DNA of 63,555 nt, counting the filler, from Salisapilia sapeloensis CBS 127946 (Eukaryota > Protista > Oomycota), in NCBI GenBank assembly GCA_023334545.1. It is 7 parts of 7 records of this genome, joined end to end, with 100 filler letters (N's around TTAATTAATTAA, not from the genome) between each part and the next. Parts side by side here need not be neighbours in the genome. Positions count along the whole stretch, not along the records: positions 39,232 to 56,678 come from JAADVB010000340.1; positions 56,779 to 58,391 come from JAADVB010001088.1; positions 58,492 to 60,090 come from JAADVB010001096.1; positions 60,191 to 61,267 come from JAADVB010001321.1; positions 61,368 to 63,555 come from JAADVB010000942.1; 2 more parts are not named here. One strand, written 5' to 3'. This document shows positions 56,558 to 63,555 of the stretch, piece by piece (the stretch's first letter is position 1; each line of letters begins with the position of its first letter). The notes under the pieces were generated by a model. The model did not search any database. It worked only from the letters and a program-made list of their open reading frames with translations, and was not told the origin of the DNA. Position numbers and translations under genes: made by a program.

Positions 56558-56678
56558 TCGATCCAGTCGCAGGTGGCAGATACAAAGGCTGTGGAGGATG
56601 TCCAGTGCCTCGAGACCTTCTTCAAGATGCTGCATCAGGACCAAGACAGAGCTTACTACGGCTACAAGCATGTGATGA
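56558..56678 (+). pseudogene. PELO: Pelota/Dom34 C-terminal fragment running into a gap
   Basis: SIQSQVADTKAVEDVQCLETFFKMLHQDQDRAYYGYKHVM resembles Pelota DTKA..E...L..F..ML..EPDRAFYG; no recognisable upstream Pelota sequence in the about 250 nt after the previous stop. Confidence 0.6.
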
Positions 56679-56778
56679 NNNNNNNNNNNNNNNNNNNNNN
56701 NNNNNNNNNNNNNNNNNNNNNNTTAATTAATTAANNNNNNNNNNNNNNNNNNNNNNNNNNNNNNNNNNNNNNNNNNNN
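56679..56778. other. Artificial contig linker
   Basis: 44N-TTAATTAATTAA-44N. Confidence 0.98.
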
Positions 56779-58074
56779 CGCGAGCGGCTTGCCATGCTCG
56801 GATGCTGAGCTATGCAGTAAGGATAATAAAATGACAGTGTAAGACAATTAAAGTTATGAAGAGCTAGTTTTATTCGTTAAACACTATTCCATTTGCGACA
56901 TTTTAATGAACGCTTGCTAAGGCAGAGTAAATTTTATAGCCGAATGCGTTAACGCGACATAGATTTTCAAACCTATATTTTTACACAAATCTCTGAGGGG
57001 AAATAAAAAGAATGTTACATTTTAAAATTTAAATTTAAAAAATGTTACTTAATTCGAGAAACTAAAAAGATGTTACATCAGCTTTTATTTCGCATTTAAA
57101 CGGATATGGTAGCATGAAAATTTAGCTTTAAAACATGCTCACTCGACCTGACACTTTATAGGCGATGCTGCTCAAATGTCCCATTGGTTCCTTTTACCAC
57201 GACACGGCTATAGTAACGGAGCAAAATTGTTTGTCAAGACATGTACTCACGACCTGCTCTACGTCGAAAAATTTCCATGCGCTGTATAGCTCTATAGCTT
57301 TGCATGTGAATTTTATCAGTCACATTCTACCTTACTTGCCTTTTGTATACCCCAGACTACTACTTGTTAGAAATGCAAATCGTGTTGCGAATTCAATGTT
57401 AGATATCCGGAGCTATAAATTTTACTTACAATTGAACAGGCAGCAATACGGAATCGGCATACTCAAGGCAAGATGTAACAAACTGAACAGTTTCACATCT
57501 AGCTAGCCAGTATATTAGATACTTTCGGAATATAAGTGGATATTTAGGATCACTTGGAGCGACTTTAGCTCAGTTTGCAATTTGCTTCATATGCATTTCG
57601 CTGTAATTGCTACGGCAAGCATACACCAAATCCACTGGCAAATGTGATCCTTCAGGTTTTGTAGGGCGTTAATGGCAAAGTTCCGATGCGCGTTAGCGAT
57701 TCCGTAGGCAAACACTTCCCTGTCTTTGGAAGTTCTCTGTAAAGAGAGGTGGGGTATGTCGGCTTATAGTATCATCATAATGGGCATATTGCATTCTCTA
57801 ACTCTTTTAGTTCTGTTGTTGTTTATCCTTGCACGCATACCTACCTATTAAACTGTCCTTGTTCCACAATCTTCCTCTCTCACCATTAACGTTGCCTTTC
57901 ATTCTGTTTTACTTCAACTGCACACAGAGTCTGCGTTTGTATTTGTTGTTCAGTTTAAGCTAGCCCATATCTTGTACCTGTTCTAAATAAACCGCAACAA
58001 CACTGAAAAACAATTTGGTCTTGAAAGGAGTGATGAGTAACGAATGGTGCTACCCATAGTGCTGCTAGTCGAAA

Positions 58075-58391
58075 CTAAACGATAGAAGATTGAGAGGCAG
58101 CTTCCGAGCGAAGTGGACAGTGACGCTTGTTGTGCCCTGTAGCACCACATTTAGCACATTTGTAGGAGCGCTTCGAGTCTTCAACGAACTCTTTCGTTGC
58201 TCCTTGCGATTCAATGCGGCGCTTCTTCTTTGGCCTACCACGCTTCTTCAAGATACTTGGTGGCAAACAACCTTGGGCATTGAGAGCTCACTACGCACAA
58301 TTGGTGGGTGGAACGAGGTGCTTTCATCGCTGCTGTAAGCTTTCAGGTAAGTGCACGTCTTCCAAGTTTCGTCATGGAGGGAAGAAGCCTC
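58075..58391 (-). mobile_element. Mutator-like (MULE) transposase C-terminal remnant, frameshifted
   Basis: TYLKAY...FHPP in one frame, then LPPSILKKRGRPKKKRRIES and the CAKCGATGHNKRHC zinc knuckle in another; typical post-SWIM tail. Confidence 0.7.
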
Positions 58392-58491
58392 NNNNNNNNN
58401 NNNNNNNNNNNNNNNNNNNNNNNNNNNNNNNNNNNTTAATTAATTAANNNNNNNNNNNNNNNNNNNNNNNNNNNNNNNNNNNNNNNNNNNN
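58392..58491. other. Artificial contig linker
   Basis: 44N-TTAATTAATTAA-44N. Confidence 0.98.
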
Positions 58492-58588
58492 CAGTATGAC
58501 ATCGCCGTCGGACGAACACGTCTCCATCGTACCTCTCTGAATACGTTGCTCAGTCCGTTCAATTGCTTGACTTAGGAGCACGGTACTT

Positions 58589-59020
58589 TCACTGATTCAA
58601 GCATATACTTCGATGACTGCATGTGTTGGATCTGCCCAGAATATTTGTGTCAAGAGTGCTGGCAATGTCTGAAGTCAGGCGGTCACGTCCTTCCGCCATT
58701 CGAGCTGTGTTCACAAAGTCTTGCACCTGCAGATAGTTGGCGTCGTCTCTTGTCTGGTACTTGGTCACGCTGTGATTACCAGTGGACGCTCGGGGCTCTA
58801 GCTGGTGTATTTCCTCCAGTCCGCACATGCTGCTCGGGCACTAGTTGGGCGCACCATCCATGCTACCGTCCACAACGATCAGGCCGTCGCGGTGGTACAC
58901 TTGCGACTGCACCGGAGGCCGGTTCACTGGGATCTGCTGGTAGTTCACGCCGAAATGGTGGCGGTGCATGTCCGGGTACAAGTTCAGATGACCCTACAGC
59001 ATCTCATCCCCCGACGGTTG
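58589..59020 (-). pseudogene. Catalase pseudogene (C-terminal third)
   Basis: PSGDEML*GHLNLYPDMHRHHFGVNYQQIPVNRP...HRDG...GAPN*CPSS...DDANYLQV; in-frame TAG at 58994-58996 and 58841-58843; degenerate RLFSYPDTHRH heme-ligand motif. Confidence 0.85.
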
Positions 59021-59236
59021 ACGGGAATAGGATCGCGGATGACGAGTGCACTTTTTGAGCCGAAGAGTTCTATCGAAGAGTTACTCTTTCGGACGCAGAA
59101 ATCTGGATTCACTCGCTTCAGTGGTGCGGATGGAGATTGCACGTCTTAACGCAATGGGCGAGGCCGTGTTCGTTGAAGAAATAGTCGTGCATCATGCAAG
59201 GAATAATAGACAGTATAAAAACACGCAAAAACTGTA

Positions 59237-59713
59237 TTAGAAATCAACGCCCAAGTCTTTGGCGGTTTGTCCTGCTCTTACGTCACTATCTGCCTTTCCA
59301 GTCTTATCCATGTGTATTGTCCGTTCCTCTGTCAAGCTTTGGCAGGGCCTAGTGTCGAGCGTATCCTCAGAAGCCGTCCAGGTTGAAGTATCATTCGATT
59401 TACTTGCAACATTGACCTTTTCGCTTTTTTACTGGGACAGATACAGTGCGAGTCGAAAATACCACTCAACTATTTCGTCCACCACTGTACTGTGTTCCGA
59501 AATAATAGCGAAGGGCTCACTAGCGCAAGTAAAGCGAAGAGCTCACCATGCCTTTCGCGCGCTTTTTCGAATTTGCACACTTCGAGCATCCGGCGTGGTT
59601 TGAAGTCTACTCGAAGATCGTTTCTTCCTGATTGCATCAATCACCAAGACAGAAACAGACCAAGAGTAGGAATTCGCATCTCCATTGACAGTACAGAACT
59701 CTCGCTTATGCAT
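59237..59713 (-). pseudogene. Interrupted 159-codon frame, possibly a Crinkler(CRN)-like N-terminal relic
   Basis: ATG 59713 to TAA 59237 with two internal stops; MHKREFCTVNG...DAIRKK...DARSVQI...W loosely parallels CRN MVKLFCAIVG...AIK.K...DA..LQLFLAK..W; no LFLAK motif. Confidence 0.25.
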
Positions 59714-60090
59714 TCGATTTAGTGGGAGAAAGATCTATTGAAGTATTGCGTTAGGTTTCCATAGCATGTAGCTACTCTGAATCGCCAATTCTTAACGAAC
59801 ACAGAGTTGTCCAATTCGATCCCCATAAATACAATTACAAAAAGTGAGTCCCCAATCATGACTTATCAATATCCAGCGCGACCACGACCTAAGCTTGCAT
59901 CGATCCCTCTATACCTTCTTGTGTCCAAATCATCAAATATATTTACGAACCAAAGAAAGACTGATAACATGCAAATGGTATTGCAACACACAAGTCATAG
60001 GTAGCAAAGGAGTACATGTTAATTCAGGTCGATGTTGAATGAAGTAAAGAGAAAGCTAAAATGGCGGACGCCCTTACTTTTCCACAGGGA

Positions 60091-60190
60091 NNNNNNNNNN
60101 NNNNNNNNNNNNNNNNNNNNNNNNNNNNNNNNNNTTAATTAATTAANNNNNNNNNNNNNNNNNNNNNNNNNNNNNNNNNNNNNNNNNNNN
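60091..60190. other. Artificial contig linker
   Basis: 44N-TTAATTAATTAA-44N. Confidence 0.98.
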
Positions 60191-60678
60191 CAGCAAAATC
60201 AGAAGTTCAATAAGTAGGCATAGGATTAACACAATAGATGCCAATGGGCATCCCTGTCCAACCTTTCAAGTCCTTTACGAAGGGGCCAAAGCCAAATCTT
60301 CGCATGATCGTTCTCATGTTAATACTTTGCTTTTAGAAGTACAGAGTTAATAATATTCTTGAGTTAAAATCTTCATAGAAACTCGTTGAGACGAAAATGT
60401 TAGCTGGCTGAGCCAGGCAGCAGAGCTGCCATATCATACCCGGTGTGAGCAAGTCAACCCGCCTACTTCTATTGACCGCATATTGACAGCACGAATTTGA
60501 TCCTGAAAAGCAGCTTTTTTATTCGAAACGTGCAACAAATTTACCGCTCAAGGCACACGGAATCGACGAGCAGGCGAACCACTGGCGATTGCATTGAAAA
60601 GCAAGCTTGGTGTGCATTTGCTCATTTGCGCCGAAGTGGCCACCTCTCTACCCTTCGCTCAACCATTGCAGAATAACG

Positions 60679-61267
60679 ATGAAAGTTTTCGCTGCTATCG
60701 CTGCCATGGCCATGGTGTCCATGTCGTTCGCAGTCGCTGATGAGTCTGCGCCATCGAACGGTCGCGGATAAGACCTCGCGTTCGACACGCTCACGGACGA
60801 GTACATGACTCACATTCTGACACAGCGCAAAGGCGGCAAGGGCGATCCTGCTGACTACGTGACCATCGAGCAGGACGGTCGTGACCCAGGATTTAATGAC
60901 GATACGGGAGTGATTAACGTTGCTGTCGACGATGACGCCATTTTCAACACGCAAAACACACTCCGTCGCTCAGAGCTGGTGCAGACTGTCGAGGCGAACA
61001 CGGAAGGCACGACGTCTTTCTGTGTGAGCGTGATGAAAGAAGAAGCGTTCGTGAACAAGTACGAGTGGCAGATAATCTTCCCAGAGTCACACGCGTTCGA
61101 AATACGAGTGGATGCCACGGCGGACACACCGATGATCATCTACCTAAACGGTGGCTCGTATGATCCCAAATGGGAGACCGAGTTCGTGCTTGGTACATGG
61201 TACAACTTTGCCATCGACGTGTCAAAGAGCAATTCGGGCTCGCACATGGACTTTTACGTAAGCGAGA
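60679..61267 (+). pseudogene. Secreted GH131-like beta-glucanase with premature in-frame TAA (60769-60771), 3'-truncated by gap
   Basis: Signal peptide MKVFAAIAAMAMVSMSFAVA is in frame with NGRG*DL...RRSELVQ...YEWQIIFPESHAFE (GH131-type motifs); INR GCTCATTT at 60620. Confidence 0.75.
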
Positions 61268-61367
61268 NNNNNNNNNNNNNNNNNNNNNNNNNNNNNNNNN
61301 NNNNNNNNNNNTTAATTAATTAANNNNNNNNNNNNNNNNNNNNNNNNNNNNNNNNNNNNNNNNNNNN
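61268..61367. other. Artificial contig linker
   Basis: 44N-TTAATTAATTAA-44N. Confidence 0.98.
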
Positions 61368-61418
61368 GAAAGAAAAGGCGTGAGTCCACCTGCTGTACAT
61401 TAAATCGATAAGGCACTC

Positions 61419-61434
61419 TTTCATTCTCCAACTT
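61419..61434 (+). promoter_or_regulatory. INR/FPR-like core promoter
   Basis: TTTCATTCTCCAACTT about 70-80 nt upstream of ATG 61501. Confidence 0.45.
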
Positions 61435-61500
61435 ACCACAGACTCCACACGACCATCTCGATCTCCATCCGCATAGTACAAACTTCACAGCACTTTTGCC

Positions 61501-63555
61501 ATGAGTACCAACATTAAGGTAGAGCCATGTCCTTATCGTTTCGTCCACCGGCGCAACATGTGCATAACTTGCTGTATCGGATAGACATGGAATATTACGG
61601 ACGAAGTTTCCATCCGCACAGGAGACAGCGATGCGGAGAAGCTGCCGCCAAAGACACTTATTCAATTGTTTCAGGAGACGCTAAAGGAACATGCATCTGT
61701 AAAAGCTTTGAACGTGAAACGAAACGGCGAGTGGTATGTAGATATACTTAGCACTGCCATCTTATCCACCGCACAAATCTTTGAATGCTCACTTGCCACT
61801 AAATAGGCAATCCCTGACGTACCAAGAGTACTATGACAAGTCCATCGCGTTCGGCAAAGCGTTGCTGTCTCTCGGCTTGGAGCGCTTTCAAGGTATCAGC
61901 ATCATCGGCTTTAACTCTCCTGAGTGGATGATTTCCGAAATTGGTGGCATCTTTGCCGGAGGTGTGACTGCTGGCATTTACGCAACAAACTCCCCACCAG
62001 CCTGCCAGTACATCGCCCATCACTCGGAATCGATTGTTGTCGTGTGTGACGGTGAGCAGCAGCTCTCGAAACTCGTCCAAGTGCACAAAGAGCTTCCAAA
62101 GCTCAAGGCTCTCGTGGTGTACAATGAGGAAAGTGTGCCTAACGCTGAGTGCGATATACCCATCTACACTTTTGAACAATTCCTGGAGCTCGGGTCAGAA
62201 GTACCCGCGGAGCAGATGACAAGCAGGATGATGGAGCAGAAACCTGGCCATTGTGCTACTCTCATCTACACATCCGGTACAACAGGCGATCCGAAGGGAG
62301 TGATGCTCAGCCATGACTCGATCACCTGGACATTAAGTGCCGCGAAGTCCAAGATGGAATCGTCCCTGAACGGAGACAAAATCGACTCTTCATGGCGAGT
62401 CGTCAGCTACTTGCCACTCTCTCACATTGCAGGCAAAGGAGTGGACATCTACCTGCCCATTTGCGCTGGAGCCCAAGTCTTCTTCGCCCAACCAGACGCC
62501 TTGAAAGGATCACTCATCCAGACTTTACATGAGGTGCGTCCAGTGCTGTTTGTGGGTGTACCAAGAGTTTGGGAGAAGATGTACGAGAAGATGCGTGCAG
62601 TCGGAGCCCAAACGAAAGGCATCAAGAAGAAGATTGCGATGTGGGCAAAGGCAAAAGGTAGCCAGAAAACGCAGCTGGCCCGATACGGTGCTTCCGGAGG
62701 AGAGCCTTGTGGGATGGGTATCGCCAATAAGCTCGTTCTGAACAAAGTAAAAGCTGCTCTGGGACTGGACGAAGCCCGCATGTGTGTCAGTGCCGCCGCG
62801 CCGATTTCGACGGAAGTGGTAGAGTTCTTCGGAGCGTTCGACTTGCCTGTGTACGAGCTCTTTGGTGCAAGTGAGGTGACTGGACCAGAGACTTTCTGCC
62901 ATCATGGCGTGTGGAAGATTGGCACGAACGGCACGGCTCTACCAGGCTGCAAGATGAAGACAGATCCTGACACAGATGAGCTATTGCTGTGGGGACGGAA
63001 TGTCATGATGGGTTACCTCAGGAATGAGGAGCAGACGAAGGTAACGATTGATGAGAACGGGTGGATGCATACTGGAGATTGTGCCCGTATAGACGAAGAC
63101 GGGTTCCTGTACATCACCGGTCGCATCAAGGAGCTGCTGATTACAGCCGGGGGAGAAAATGTATCGCCTGTGCCCATAGAAGACACCTTGAAGAAGGAGC
63201 TACCGATTCTCTCGAATGCCATGCTCGTCGGCGACAGACGCAAGTTCCTGTCCGTGTTGCTGACGCTTCGAGTAAAGATTGACCCAAACACCGAGGCGCC
63301 AACAAACATGCTGGACGATGAGGCAAGGAAGATCTGTGCAGACATTGGCAGTTCCGCCACGACTGTGGAGGAGGCAAGAGCGTGCTCGAAGATCAATGAG
63401 TACTTGGACAACGGCGTGAAGCGGGCGAACGAGCAGGCGGTTTCGAGAGCGCAGAACGTCGGTAAATTCACGATCCTCGACGGAGACTTTTCCCTCGCTG
63501 GCGGAGAGCTGACACCGACGCTCAAGCTGAAGCGCAAGGTGGTTGGCGAGAAGCA
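61501..63555 (+). CDS. ACSBG: Long-chain acyl-CoA synthetase, bubblegum family; runs off the window (missing from ORF track)
   Basis: Exons 61501-61518, 61585-61733, 61807-end; IIGFNSPEW, LIYTSGTTGDPKGVMLSHD, SYLPLSHI, GVPRVWEK, GWMHTGD, ITGRIKELLITAGGENV. Confidence 0.93.

Noticed and set aside
48104-56678. RNA-metabolism cluster (makorin, ADAT1, TRF4, Pelota fragment), with PRORP elsewhere
   Set aside because: Interspersed with unrelated genes, mixed strands, and PRORP is on a different contig; no evidence beyond chance.
60769-60771. Stop-codon reassignment or selenocysteine as the explanation for in-frame stops
   Set aside because: TAA, TAG and TGA all terminate conserved genes normally in this window; the interrupted frames look like pseudogenes.
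1-63555. rRNA, tRNA, snRNA or CRISPR arrays
   Set aside because: By eye I found no cloverleaf, rRNA or snRNA signature and no repeat-spacer periodicity; an Infernal/tRNAscan run is needed to exclude small RNAs.

Overview
Eukaryotic DNA from an oomycete-like stramenopile, not a prokaryote. This rests on GT-AG introns of mostly 48-80 nt, oomycete INR/FPR promoter motifs, and Val-type bZIP, START-FYVE, GH131 and flagellar dynein-2 genes. The window is an assembly pseudomolecule: seven contigs (1-20917, 21018-39131, 39232-56678, 56779-58391, 58492-60090, 60191-61267, 61368-63555) joined by six artificial 100-nt linkers (44N-TTAATTAATTAA-44N), so adjacency across linkers means nothing. I reconstructed by hand about 34 protein-coding genes, many spliced and often in compact head-to-head pairs. 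The small terminal contigs carry mostly debris: a MULE fragment, a catalase pseudogene, a stop-interrupted GH131, a possible CRN relic and, at the end of contig 3, a Pelota fragment. I recognised no rRNA, tRNA or CRISPR array. The most striking structure is missed by the ORF track: a 15-exon secreted LRR gene (36744-38835) in which all 14 introns are phase 2 and each internal exon is a frame-neutral cassette of about one LRR. Other highlights are an Arb2/FAM172-domain AGC kinase fusion, a head-to-head pair of Asn-to-Val bZIP-START factors, a bZIP-PAS factor, a stand-alone Pta-N/DRTGG protein, a candidate PIF/Tourist MITE and a double-palindrome element. All homology calls come from recalled motifs; no database search was run.
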